Below, piece by piece: positions 18,194-27,515 of a stretch of DNA of 64,000 nucleotides (position 1 is the first letter of the stretch; each line of letters opens with the position of its first letter). The translations under genes were made by a program, and so were the position numbers. Under the pieces are notes generated by a model. That model saw only the letters and a program-made list of their open reading frames with translations. It ran no database searches and was not told where the DNA came from. The stretch comes from Spirochaetia bacterium. GTDB taxonomy: Bacteria; Spirochaetota; Spirochaetia; SZUA-6; Bin103. The stretch spans positions 74,510 to 138,509 of the forward strand of contig OZ251573.1 of NCBI GenBank assembly GCA_965243545.1, read 5' to 3'.

Positions 18194-19300
18194 ATGACCG
18201 GAGGTCACATCCCGTTTCCGACTTGGCTCAACCCGGAGATCGTACCCGGTCTGCCGCTCCGCTGGTACGGCTTGACGTACCTGGTGGCGTTCTATCTCAC
18301 CTACCGTCTGCTGCGCGTCCGCATAGCCGAGCGCAAACTCGGCGTGGACCGGGAGACGGTGCTCAATCTCTTCTTCTGGGGGATCGTCGGCGTGCTGATC
18401 GGCGGGCGGCTGCTCTCCGTGATCGTCTACGATCCGAGCGGGCACTACCTGCGCAATCCGCTGCAGATCGTCTTCCCCTTCGCGCGCGAGGGGGGAAGGC
18501 TCCGCTTCGTCGGCCTGCAGGGCATGGCGTATCACGGCGGCCTGCTCGGCGCGATCGTGGCGGTGGCCCTCTACTGCCGCGCCAAACGGCTGCCGGTCGC
18601 GGAGTGGATGGACATGATCGCCGCCTGCACCCCGCTCGGCTACACGTTCGGCCGGCTCGGCAACTTCATCAACGGCGAGCTGTTCGGGCGGATCACCACC
18701 GTGCCGTGGGGCATGGTCTTTCCCGGCGCGCCGGAGTTCCCGGCGGATCAGGCGTGGGTGCGGCAGATGGCGGAGCGTTCCGGAATCGACGTCGGCGCCG
18801 AGCAGGCGCTGGTCAACCTGGCGCGCCACCCGTCGCAACTCTACGAGGCGGCCCTGGAAGGGCTGCTGCTGTTCGCGGTCCTGTGGTTCGCGCTGCGCAA
18901 GCGCGCGCCGTTTCCCGGCGTGCTGTTCTCCGCCTATCTGGTCGGGTACGGGATCGTGCGCTTTGCGGTCGAGTACGTCCGTCAGCCGGACCCCGGACTC
19001 GACTTCCCGATCATGCTGGTCGACGTCGCCAATCCGGCGCAGACGTCGCTGCTCAACTTCACGACCGGCCAGATCCTGTCGGCCATCATGATCGCCGCCG
19101 GCGTGGTCGTGTTCTTCCGGTGCCGCCGCCGCGCCGCGCTGACCGGCGGCAGGGCTCCAGGCGGCGGCAGGGCTCCAGGCGGCGGCAGGCCGCCGGGCGA
19201 TGCGGCGGCCGGCGGAGGCAAGCCCGCGACGGGGCCGCGTCCCGGATCGGGCCGCTCGCGCCGCCGGCGCGCGGCCGCCCGCCGCTCGCAGCCGTCGTGA
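18194..19300 (+). CDS. lgt: prolipoprotein diacylglyceryl transferase with Gly/Arg-rich C-terminal tail
   Basis: Lgt signatures YGLTYLVAFYL…GGRLLSVIVYD…GRLGNFINGELFGR. The C-terminal tail GGRAPGGGRAPGGGRPPG is encoded by an 18-bp x3 tandem repeat at 19141-19196. ATG 18194 is the start. The long +-frame ORF 15737-19300 upstream of it is an artefact. Confidence 0.85.
   Translation: MTGGHIPFPTWLNPEIVPGLPLRWYGLTYLVAFYLTYRLLRVRIAERKLGVDRETVLNLFFWGIVGVLIGGRLLSVIVYDPSGHYLRNPLQIVFPFAREGGRLRFVGLQGMAYHGGLLGAIVAVALYCRAKRLPVAEWMDMIAACTPLGYTFGRLGNFINGELFGRITTVPWGMVFPGAPEFPADQAWVRQMAERSGIDVGAEQALVNLARHPSQLYEAALEGLLLFAVLWFALRKRAPFPGVLFSAYLVGYGIVRFAVEYVRQPDPGLDFPIMLVDVANPAQTSLLNFTTGQILSAIMIAAGVVVFFRCRRRAALTGGRAPGGGRAPGGGRPPGDAAAGGGKPATGPRPGSGRSRRRRAAARRSQPS
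19141..19196. repeat. 18-bp tandem repeat x3 (ggcggcagggctccaggc) at the lgt 3' end
   Basis: Read directly. It encodes GGRAPG x3. Confidence 0.75.
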
Positions 19301-19378
19301 AGGGCCGTGCGGCATCGGTGGTGAGGGGCGCGCCGAGCTGCCGCAGGTTGCGGAGCTGCCGTCAATTGTCTACGGTGA

Positions 19379-19450
19379 TGGGCGATACTGGATTCGAACC
19401 AGTGACTTCTACCGTGTGAAGGTAGCACTCTCCCGCTGAGTTAATCGCCC
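19379..19450 (-). tRNA. tRNA-Val (anticodon CAC)
   Basis: The reverse complement is GGGCGAT-TA-ACTCAGCGGGAGAGT-G-CTACC-TTCACAC-GGTAG-AAGTC-ACTGG-TTCGAAT-CCAGT-ATCGCCC-A. All four stems are perfect, position 37 is A, and CCA is not encoded. Confidence 0.85.
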
Positions 19451-19461
19451 GTGGAGCGCAA

Positions 19462-20118
19462 GTGTATCGCATAGTGCCGCAAACGTCACCCGTCCTGCTC
19501 GCCGAGCTGCGGCGGCCGGCTTCGGCGGCGCCGGCCGGTCTGGACCGCGAGCTGATGCGCAAGGCGATCCACCTGCTGGTCGCGCTCGTGCCGCCGCTCG
19601 CCTCCGTGCACCTGCACCTGGCCATGGGGCTGCTGATGGCCGGCACCCTGTTCTACACCGTCGCCGAGGCGATGCGGTTGACCGGCGTCCGCGTGGCGGT
19701 GGTGTCGGGACTCACCGTGGCGGCGGCGCGGCCCGGCGACGCCGGGTTCGTGCTGGGACCGGCCACGCTCGGCTTGGGCGCCATGCTGGCGCTGCTGCTG
19801 TACCCGTTGCCGGCGTCGGCCATCGCCATCTACGCGCTGGCGTTCGGCGACGCCGCCGCCAGCGTGGTCGGCATGGCGTGCGCGGGGCGGCGCAGACCGC
19901 CGCACGGCAAAACCGCGGCCGGCAGCGCGGCGTGCTTCGCGGCCGTCTTCCTGGTCACGGTCACCCTGACCGCCGACGCCCGCCTGTCGGCCGCGGCGGC
20001 GGCCGCCGCCATGACGATCGAGGCGCTGTCCGGCCGGGACCTCGACAACCTGCTGCTCCCCGTCGGCGTCGGCATGGTCGTGCAGGCGGCGCGGACGTCG
20101 GGCGCTGCCGTGCTGTAG
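19462..20118 (+). CDS. CTP-dependent polyprenol/phytol kinase-like membrane protein (phosphatidate cytidylyltransferase superfamily, SEC59/DGK1/VTE5-like)
   Basis: Polytopic 218-aa ORF with the conserved HGKTAAGSAACFAAV cytidylyltransferase-family motif near the C-terminus. The start may be internal (M32). Confidence 0.5.
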   Translation: MYRIVPQTSPVLLAELRRPASAAPAGLDRELMRKAIHLLVALVPPLASVHLHLAMGLLMAGTLFYTVAEAMRLTGVRVAVVSGLTVAAARPGDAGFVLGPATLGLGAMLALLLYPLPASAIAIYALAFGDAAASVVGMACAGRRRPPHGKTAAGSAACFAAVFLVTVTLTADARLSAAAAAAAMTIEALSGRDLDNLLLPVGVGMVVQAARTSGAAVL

Positions 20119-20132
20119 GCTCGCGGCCTGTC

Positions 20133-21338
20133 ATGCGCAACATCGGCCTTCTCACCAGCGGCGGTGACGCACCCGGGCTCAACGCGGTGTTGTCCGGCGC
20201 CGCCGGCATGGCCGCGGCGCGCGGCGCGCGCGCCTGGATCATCCCCAACGGCTACGCCGGCCTCTACAACCTGGAGCGGCTGCCCGGGCTGATCGAGCTC
20301 GACGCGGCCCGCCGCGACGCCATCGACTGCGCGGCGGCCGGCTCGGCGGCCGGCCATTCCCGCATCAAGATCGCCGCCATCCCCGATGAGCGGCGCTACG
20401 AACGGATCATCGCGGGACTGCGGCGCTTTGCGATCGACGGCTTGGTGATCGCGGGCGGGGATGACACCGGATCGGTGGTGGTCGATCTTGCCGGCCGCGG
20501 CATCGCGGTCGTGCACGCGCCCAAGACGATCGACCTTGACCTGCACACCTACTCGGTCGGGGGCGACACCGCGGCCAACCGCACCGCGCGCATCGTGGAC
20601 GATCTCAAGTCGACCGGCCGCAGCCATAACCGGGTGATGATCACGGAGGCGTTCGGGCGCTACGCCGGCCACGTCGCGTTGTGCGGCGGCATCGCCGCCG
20701 ACGCCGACTGCATCCTGCTGCCGGAGATTCCGGTCGACCTGGACGTCGTCCACCGGCACCTCAAGCGCCGGCTGCTCGGCCGCCTGCGCGCCGCCGACGG
20801 TTTTGCGGCAACCTACACCGTGGTGGTGGCCGAAGGAATGACCACGGTCGACGGGGTTACGGTGACCGACGACCGCGTCGCCGCCGACGCCTTCGGCCAC
20901 CGCAAGCTGTCGGGCGCGGGCCGCTACGTCCGGGATCGACTGCAGGCGCAGCTCGACCGCGATCCGGAGGTCCGGCAGACCATGCGGGAGCTCGGCATGT
21001 ACGTGCCGAAGCTCTACGAGGCGCCGGAGGCGCGTGAGGTGGTTCCCGCGCACGTGGTGCGCGCCGGCGCTACCTCCGTGTTCGACGTCAACTTCGGCAA
21101 GCGGATCGGCGCCGGCGCCGTGCTGTTGCTGCTGGCCGGCGTATCGGGAGTGACGGTGAGCTGGGTCGACGGGCGCACCGTTTCGTACCTGCCGACCCGG
21201 ACCGCCATCGAGCAGCGTTACGTCGATCCGGCCATCGTGAGCCTCCATGAGGAGCTGGGCGTCTGTTTCGGCCGGCAGCCCGAGCGGTACGCGCCCGAGC
21301 TGCGCGCGCTCGACCGGCCGGAGCCGCGCTATCTCTGA
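20133..21338 (+). CDS. pfk: 6-phosphofructokinase, probably pyrophosphate-dependent (GGDD instead of GGDG)
   Basis: MRNIGLLTSGGDAPGLNAV…VIAGGDDTGS…PKTIDLDL. The Asp replacing the second Gly of GGDG is typical of PPi-PFKs. The H+-PPase gene hppA is in the same window. ATG 20133. Confidence 0.85.
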   Translation: MRNIGLLTSGGDAPGLNAVLSGAAGMAAARGARAWIIPNGYAGLYNLERLPGLIELDAARRDAIDCAAAGSAAGHSRIKIAAIPDERRYERIIAGLRRFAIDGLVIAGGDDTGSVVVDLAGRGIAVVHAPKTIDLDLHTYSVGGDTAANRTARIVDDLKSTGRSHNRVMITEAFGRYAGHVALCGGIAADADCILLPEIPVDLDVVHRHLKRRLLGRLRAADGFAATYTVVVAEGMTTVDGVTVTDDRVAADAFGHRKLSGAGRYVRDRLQAQLDRDPEVRQTMRELGMYVPKLYEAPEAREVVPAHVVRAGATSVFDVNFGKRIGAGAVLLLLAGVSGVTVSWVDGRTVSYLPTRTAIEQRYVDPAIVSLHEELGVCFGRQPERYAPELRALDRPEPRYL

Positions 21339-21371
21339 GGCCTGAGTCATCGAATACATCGGGAGGCGCGC

Positions 21372-22244
21372 ATGAAAGCGGTGATCGTCGCTGCCGGGTA
21401 CGGCAGCCGGTTTCTGCCGGCTTCGAAGACGGTGCCCAAGGAGATGTTCCCGATCCTCGACCGGCCGGCGATCGACTTCATACTACAGGAGCTGCGCGAG
21501 TCCGGGATCGAGGACGTCCTGTTCATCACGTCGCGCCGCAAGCGCGCTCTGGAGGACTACGTCGACCGCGAGGTCGAACTGGAGCAGGTGTTCGAGTCCG
21601 AAGGCAACGCCGCCAAGCAGCGGTCCGTCGCGGCGCCGCCCGGCCGGTTCGTCTTCCTGCGCCAGCAGCGGATGCTCGGCACCGGCCACGCCATCCTGCT
21701 GGCCGAACCGTTCACCGGCGGCGATCCGTTCGTGGTCGTCTTTCCCGACGACCTGCACGTCGGCGGCCTGCCGCTCGCGCGGCAGCTGATCGACGCCTAC
21801 GACCGGACCGGGTGCAGCGTGCTGGCCGTGGAGCACGATCCGCCGCACCTGGAACGCTACGGCGTGGTGGCGCTGGCCGCCGACGGTCTGCACGTGACCG
21901 ACATCGTGGAGAAGCCGCCGCCGGGCGCCGAGCCGAGCCGCGACGCTTCGATCGGCCGCTACCTGTTCACCCCGGAGATTTTCCCGGCGTTGCGGCGGCG
22001 GTGGGAGCGCCATCAGGGCCGCGAATTCAACTACACCGAGGGGGTGCAGGAGCTGGCGCGGGACGGGCGGGTGGTGATCCGGCGCATGGACGGCCGCCGG
22101 CTCGACATCGGCGCCCCGGCCGGCTACCTGCAGTCGATCTTGGAGTACGCGGCGGCCGATCCGGCGTTGGCGGCTCAGATCGAGGCGTTTTGCTCCGGCG
22201 GACGGGACCTGTCGGGCCGGGATTCGGTCGCCAGCGCTTCGTAG
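21372..22244 (+). CDS. galU: UTP--glucose-1-phosphate uridylyltransferase
   Basis: MKAVIVAAGYGSRFLPASKTVPKEMFPILDRPAIDFILQE…LGTGHAI. The antisense ORF 21483-22769 is rejected. Confidence 0.85.
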   Translation: MKAVIVAAGYGSRFLPASKTVPKEMFPILDRPAIDFILQELRESGIEDVLFITSRRKRALEDYVDREVELEQVFESEGNAAKQRSVAAPPGRFVFLRQQRMLGTGHAILLAEPFTGGDPFVVVFPDDLHVGGLPLARQLIDAYDRTGCSVLAVEHDPPHLERYGVVALAADGLHVTDIVEKPPPGAEPSRDASIGRYLFTPEIFPALRRRWERHQGREFNYTEGVQELARDGRVVIRRMDGRRLDIGAPAGYLQSILEYAAADPALAAQIEAFCSGGRDLSGRDSVASAS

Positions 22245-23056
22245 CGCTCGGCTTCGGCGCCCCGGCCGCGCTTGCGGGCGCCGGCCGCATGGATCCGGCA
22301 CTTGCGGGCCAGCTCGCGCCACGCGATCGTCCGCTCCGGCTCGGCCCACCGGCCGGCCGCCACCAGGGGCGCCAAAGCGTCGATGCGGAACCGCTCGATA
22401 TGGCCGTAGCGCTCCGATAGCTGATCGCCGTGGCCGGCCCGCTTGATGACCAGCGGCCGGTCGCAGTACGCCACCGGATAGCGGGCCGTCACCCGCAGCC
22501 ACAGCTCGTAATCCTCGGCGATCTCCAGGTCTTCCCGAAACCCGCCGGCCTCCTCCATGACGGCGCGGCGCATGACCACCGTGGACGGTCCGATCACGCA
22601 CCTGCGCGCCGAATCGGCAAAGATGCGGCCGGCCCGCCGGTGGCGTTGCCCGGACTGCGACACCGTCCTGCCGTTGCGTACCCAGAGCTCCCGGCAGTGG
22701 ACGACCGGCGGCCGGTCGCCGCCGCGCAACAGCAGCGCCATCTGCACGTCCAGCTTGTCCGGCAGCCACAGGTCGTCGGAGTCGAGGAAGGCGAGGTATT
22801 CGCCCGCCGCGATCGCCGCGCCGGCGTTGCGCGCCGCGCCGGGGCGGCCGGTGTGGTCGATGCGGAGCAGCCGCACGTCGCGCGCGGCGCGCAGCCGCTG
22901 CGCGGTGCCGTCGGTCGACCCGTCGTCGACGACGATCACCTCGACCGGCGCGTAGGTCTGCGTCCGCACCGAATCGATCGCCTCCATCAGCATCTCGGCG
23001 CGGTCGTAGGTCGGTATGATCGCCGAAACCAGGGGACGAGCGTTCGCGGACCGCAT
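22175..23056 (-). CDS. family 2 glycosyltransferase
   Basis: VSAIIPTYDRAEMLMEAIDSVRTQTY…VEVIVVDDGSTDGT…AFLDSDDLWLPDKL, a GT2 GT-A fold with a DxD motif. It overlaps galU convergently by 70 nt. Confidence 0.8.
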   Translation of the reverse strand: MRSANARPLVSAIIPTYDRAEMLMEAIDSVRTQTYAPVEVIVVDDGSTDGTAQRLRAARDVRLLRIDHTGRPGAARNAGAAIAAGEYLAFLDSDDLWLPDKLDVQMALLLRGGDRPPVVHCRELWVRNGRTVSQSGQRHRRAGRIFADSARRCVIGPSTVVMRRAVMEEAGGFREDLEIAEDYELWLRVTARYPVAYCDRPLVIKRAGHGDQLSERYGHIERFRIDALAPLVAAGRWAEPERTIAWRELARKCRIHAAGARKRGRGAEAERYEALATESRPDRSRPPEQNASI

Positions 23057-23066
23057 CGGCGTTAGT

Positions 23067-23648
23067 ATGCCACCCGTGGCGAGCGCCCGATCGGAACGTC
23101 AGCGCCCGCCGGCGCCCTCCGCGCCGGCGACTGTCCCCGGCCCGGTCACGCGGGTGGCGCTGATCGGCTTCATGGGCGCCGGCAAGTCGTCGGTCGGCGC
23201 GGCGTTGGCGGAGGCGCTCGCGTGGCGGTTCGTCGACCTGGACCGCGTGATCGAGGCGGAACAGGGGCGCACCGTGCGCGAGATCTTTTCAGCCGCTGGC
23301 GAATCCGGTTTCCGCGCGGCCGAGACGACCGCGCTGTACCGGCTGCGCGGCGCGCAACGGACGGTGCTGGCGGCCGGCGGCGGAGCGCCGGTGCAGCCGG
23401 CGAACCGTCCGTTCTTTCACGACTGGACGACCTTCTACCTGGCGGCGCCGCTCACCGCCCTGCGCGAGCGGGCCGGCAGGCCGGGCAACCGGCCGCTGCT
23501 CGACCTGCCGGGCCCGCAGCTGCGCGCCTTGTACGAACGGCGCGAGCCGGTCTATCGCAGCATCGGCATACCCATCGACACCGCCCGCCGGCCGGTCAGC
23601 GCGGTGGTGGCCGCCATCCTGGAACGGCTGCGCCCGCCGGGACCGTGA
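23067..23648 (+). CDS. aroK: shikimate kinase
   Basis: VALIGFMGAGKSSVGAALAEAL (P-loop) …VLAAGGGAP… The start was trimmed to ATG 23067 to avoid a divergent overlap with the GT2 start. Confidence 0.8.
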   Translation: MPPVASARSERQRPPAPSAPATVPGPVTRVALIGFMGAGKSSVGAALAEALAWRFVDLDRVIEAEQGRTVREIFSAAGESGFRAAETTALYRLRGAQRTVLAAGGGAPVQPANRPFFHDWTTFYLAAPLTALRERAGRPGNRPLLDLPGPQLRALYERREPVYRSIGIPIDTARRPVSAVVAAILERLRPPGP

Positions 23649-23679
23649 CGGCCGCGCCCGCGGCGCCGGCGCGGGACCG

Positions 23680-24420
23680 TCACCCCGCCCACCCGGCGGC
23701 GTCATCCCCGCGCTGCAGCAGGTCGATCGCCGCCCTGAGATCGACGCGCCGTTCGTAGACGGCGGTGCCGACGATGGCGCCGGCCGCCGCCCCGCCGGCC
23801 GCGACCGCCTGCAGGTCGGCCACGGAGCCGATCCCGCCGGACAGCAGCACCGGCAGCCCGGACGCCTCGGCCGCCGCCCGGCCGCCGGCCACGTCCGGCC
23901 CCTGCAGCATGCCGTCGCGGTCGACCGCCGTGTAGACCAGCCCGGCCAGCTGCGAGCCGCGCAGGGCGGCGGTGAGCGCGCGCTCACCGCCCGCCGACTC
24001 CGACCAGCCCCGCACCCGCACCTGTCCCCCGCGGGCATCGACCCCGCCGATCACCCGCCCCGGCCAGCGTTCGGCCCACGCCAGCACCTCCGCCGTGCGG
24101 GTGGCGAGCGCCGTGCCGGCCACCACCGCGTCGATCCCCAGGTCGATCAGCGCTTCGGCGTCCTGTTCGGTGCGGACCCCGCCGCCGACCTGCACGCGCA
24201 CGTCGACCGCCTTCCGTATCCGGCCGATCACCGCGCGGTTGTCCCCCGCGCCGCGCGCGGCGTCCAGATCGACCACGTGCACCCACAGCGCTCCCTGCTC
24301 GGCGAACCGCGCCGCCACCGCGGCGGCGTCGCCGCCGTAGCGGCGCGCGCGGTCAAAGTCCCCCTGCTGCAGCTGCACGCAACGGCCGCCGAGCAGATCG
24401 ATGGCGGGTACGATGAGCAC
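23680..24420 (-). CDS. hisA: 1-(5-phosphoribosyl)-5-[(5-phosphoribosylamino)methylideneamino]imidazole-4-carboxamide isomerase (HisA/PriA)
   Basis: MLIVPAIDLLGGRCVQLQQGDF…VQVGGGVR…LLSGGIGSVADL, a (beta/alpha)8 His-biosynthesis barrel signature. Confidence 0.8.
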   Translation of the reverse strand: MLIVPAIDLLGGRCVQLQQGDFDRARRYGGDAAAVAARFAEQGALWVHVVDLDAARGAGDNRAVIGRIRKAVDVRVQVGGGVRTEQDAEALIDLGIDAVVAGTALATRTAEVLAWAERWPGRVIGGVDARGGQVRVRGWSESAGGERALTAALRGSQLAGLVYTAVDRDGMLQGPDVAGGRAAAEASGLPVLLSGGIGSVADLQAVAAGGAAAGAIVGTAVYERRVDLRAAIDLLQRGDDAAGWAG

Positions 24421-24430
24421 GGCGGTGCCG

Positions 24431-24883
24431 TCAGCGCACCGGATCGAACGCCTGGCTCAACGTGCGCTCGACGGTGTCCGAGTCGGCGTTCCGGTCCCAC
24501 AGGCCGGCCAGGCGGCCCTGCCGGCCCAGGCGGCAGATGGCCGCCAGCACCTGCAGGTACTCCGAGCGTTGCGCGGGCGGCGTGGCAAAGACGAACAGCA
24601 GGTGCACCGGCTGCCGGTCGACCGCGCCGAACTCGATACCGACGCGGGAGACCCCGACGGCGACCAGCAGCGACGCCAGCCCCTTCATCTCGCCGTGCGA
24701 CAGCGCTATGCCGCGTCCGACCGCCGTCGAGTGCAGGCGTTCGCGGGCCACGACGGCTCGCTCTATCGCCTCCCGATTGCGGCCGCTCAGGGCCGGCCAC
24801 TGGCTGATCACCTCGTGAATTGCCGCCCATTTATCGCGGCTCGAAAGATCGGGAATCACCGCAACAGAGGGGACGCGCTCCAC
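24431..24883 (-). CDS. PTS EIIA-type (fructose/nitrogen-regulatory PtsN-like) protein
   Basis: …RERLHSTAVGRGIALSHGEMKGLASLLVAVG…QPVHLLFVFATPPA, an EIIA-2 fold with the phospho-His motif. It has a probable GTG start at 24883. The longer ORF start (25297) would overlap the divergent peroxiredoxin gene. Confidence 0.55.
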   Translation of the reverse strand: MERVPSVAVIPDLSSRDKWAAIHEVISQWPALSGRNREAIERAVVARERLHSTAVGRGIALSHGEMKGLASLLVAVGVSRVGIEFGAVDRQPVHLLFVFATPPAQRSEYLQVLAAICRLGRQGRLAGLWDRNADSDTVERTLSQAFDPVR

Positions 24884-25026
24884 CGTACTGCGGACGATAC
24901 ACCGGACCGGCCGCGCGCACAAACGGCGCGCCGCCGGTCCGGACACCGGCTTGCCACGCGGGTCCGGTTGCGCTATCGTCAGGGAAGAGCCGGGCCCGCG
25001 CGCGGCCCGGCTGCAGGAGGACATCG

Positions 25027-25687
<661 letters not shown>

Positions 25688-25779
25688 CGCAGGGGAATCG
25701 GCGCCGGCTTGCCCCGGCGGGCGGGCCGGCGTACCATGAAGAGACCGCGCGCGTGCGTCCGCCGCGCACGCGCCGAATC

Positions 25780-25853
25780 GGGGGCGTAGCTCAGTTGGCT
25801 AGAGCGCGTGAATGGCATTCACGAGGTCGTGGGTTCGATTCCCGTCGCCTCCA
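25780..25853 (+). tRNA. tRNA-Ala (anticodon GGC) with G3:U70 identity pair
   Basis: GGGGGCG-TA-GCTC-AGTTGGCTA-GAGC-G-CGTGA-ATGGCAT-TCACG-AGGTC-GTGGG-TTCGATT-CCCGT-CGCCTCC-A. G3·T70 is a wobble pair, position 37 is A, and CCA is not encoded. Confidence 0.85.
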
Positions 25854-25857
25854 TCCG

Positions 25858-26601
25858 ATGACAGAACCGATCAAGGAAGCGTTGGCGGCCGGCCGGCCGT
25901 CGCTCGGCTCGTGGCTCAACCTGGGCTCGCCGCTGGCGGCGGAGGTGATGGCGTCCGCCGGGTACTCGTGGCTGGTGGTCGACGCCGAGCATACCGCCTT
26001 CGACGTCGGCCTGATCGCCCACACCTTCCGCGCCATAGAGGCGCGCGGCGCGGTGCCGCTGGCCCGCATCTGGGAACACGACCCGGTCACCATCGGCCGC
26101 GTCCTGGACGCCGGCGCGTACGGTCTGGTGATCCCGCACGTCAGCACGCCGGAGCAGGCGCGGGCGATCGTCTCCGCCATGCGCTACCCGCCGGCCGGCG
26201 CGCGCTCACAGGGGACCGGGCGGTGCGTGGCGCTGGCGGACGACTACCGGCAACGCGCCAATGACTTCCTGCTGTGCATCCCGCAGATCGAAGATCTGCA
26301 AGGGATCGACAACGCGGAGGCCATCGCCCGCGTCGACGGCGTCGACATCGGCTTTCTGGGGCCGGGCGACCTGGCGCTCTCCATGGGCGTCGCCGCCGGC
26401 GATCCCGCGCACGAAGCGGCGCTGCAGCGGTTCCGGGAGGGGTGCGCGCGGGCCGGCGTGCCGTGCGGCATGCCGGTGCCGAACCCAGCCGACGTCCCGC
26501 GCCGCCTGCGCGAAGGGTTCCTGTTCATCGACATAGCCAGCGACCTGCGGTTCACCGATTCCGCGGCGCGCGCGGCGTTGGCGCAAGCGCGCTCAGGGTA
26601 A
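25858..26601 (+). CDS. HpcH/HpaI-family aldolase (2-keto-3-deoxy acid aldolase)
   Basis: MTEPIKEALAAGRPSLGSWLNLGSPLAAEVMASAGYSWLVVDAEHTAFD… (HpcH fold). The ATG lies 5 nt after the tRNA-Ala discriminator base. Confidence 0.8.
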   Translation: MTEPIKEALAAGRPSLGSWLNLGSPLAAEVMASAGYSWLVVDAEHTAFDVGLIAHTFRAIEARGAVPLARIWEHDPVTIGRVLDAGAYGLVIPHVSTPEQARAIVSAMRYPPAGARSQGTGRCVALADDYRQRANDFLLCIPQIEDLQGIDNAEAIARVDGVDIGFLGPGDLALSMGVAAGDPAHEAALQRFREGCARAGVPCGMPVPNPADVPRRLREGFLFIDIASDLRFTDSAARAALAQARSG

Positions 26602-26655
26602 GCGGAGCAGGGGGCGGGCGGACTTCCGGCGCGCCTCTCGACAGCCGGGCGCCGT

Positions 26656-26943
26656 TCAGCGCCGTTTGCGCTGGAACAGTGGATAGATCTTGGACGACAG
26701 GTCGAGCTTGCGGTCGACCAGCTTGATCACCCGCCCGTAGACGAAGAACGACCCGGCCAGCCCGCCCAGGGTAAAGACCACCAGCAGCACCGAGGCGACC
26801 CCCTGCGGGACCACCCCCCGTTGGGTGAGCCAGCCGGCCAGCACGATGGATATCAGGACCACCACCACCATCATCGCCAGCGAGAACACGGTGGCGGCCA
26901 CCATGAAGACGGCCGTGTTCAGAGCCTTGTTGTTGCTGTTCAT
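26656..26943 (-). CDS. small membrane protein (two TM helices), hypothetical
   Basis: MNSNNKALNTAVFMVAATVFSLAMMVVVVLISIVLAGWL…LLVVFTLGGLAGSFFVYGRV…KRR. It overlaps the lspA stop by 4 nt. Confidence 0.45.
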   Translation of the reverse strand: MNSNNKALNTAVFMVAATVFSLAMMVVVVLISIVLAGWLTQRGVVPQGVASVLLVVFTLGGLAGSFFVYGRVIKLVDRKLDLSSKIYPLFQRKRR

Positions 26944-27515
26944 GTCCTCTCCTCCGGCGGACGCTCCCCGCCGGCCGGCTGTTCCCGGTCCGCCGGACGC
27001 CGTTCCCGCGAACCCGGCGACCGCGCCAGCGATGTCGCGAGCAGCAGGATGCTGGCGATCACGACGGTCGAGTCGGCCAAGTTGAAGGTCGGAAACCGGC
27101 TGAAGCCCAGGATGCCGTAGAACTTCACGTCCACGAAGTCGACCACCCCGTCCGGGCGGACGATGCGGTCGACGTAGTTGCCGATGCCGCCGCCCATGAT
27201 CGCCGCCAGCAGCCAGCGCTGCAAGCGGGACAGATCGGCGCTGGTAACGTAATAGACGCCGATCAGGAGAATCGCCGCCAGCGGCGCGATCAGCAGCAGC
27301 ACGCGGCGCAGGTCGTCCGGGATGCCCCGGCCGATGCTGAAGGCTATGGCGGTGTTGTGCACGTAGGTGAAGCGCACGACGTCGCCGATCACGGAGACCG
27401 GACGCTCCAGCGGCAGGGTGGCGACCACGATCAGCTTGACGATCTGGTCGGCCGCCGCCACCGCCGGCGCCAGGAGCAGCGGCAGGTAACGGCCGCCGGC
27501 GTTCGCGGTGCTCAC
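26940..27515 (-). CDS. lspA: lipoprotein signal peptidase (signal peptidase II)
   Basis: …DQIVKLIVV…FTYVHNTAIAFSIG…GGGIGNYVDRI…FPTFNLADSTVVIASILL. The GTG start at 27515 forms a GTGA overlap with the nif3-like stop. The long ORF extension to 27923 is low-complexity and is rejected. Confidence 0.8.
   Translation of the reverse strand: MSTANAGGRYLPLLLAPAVAAADQIVKLIVVATLPLERPVSVIGDVVRFTYVHNTAIAFSIGRGIPDDLRRVLLLIAPLAAILLIGVYYVTSADLSRLQRWLLAAIMGGGIGNYVDRIVRPDGVVDFVDVKFYGILGFSRFPTFNLADSTVVIASILLLATSLARSPGSRERRPADREQPAGGERPPEERT

Noticed and set aside
19830-21359. 509-aa minus-strand ORF across pfk (and 21483-22769 across galU/GT2)
   Set aside because: They are antisense to well-supported metabolic genes.
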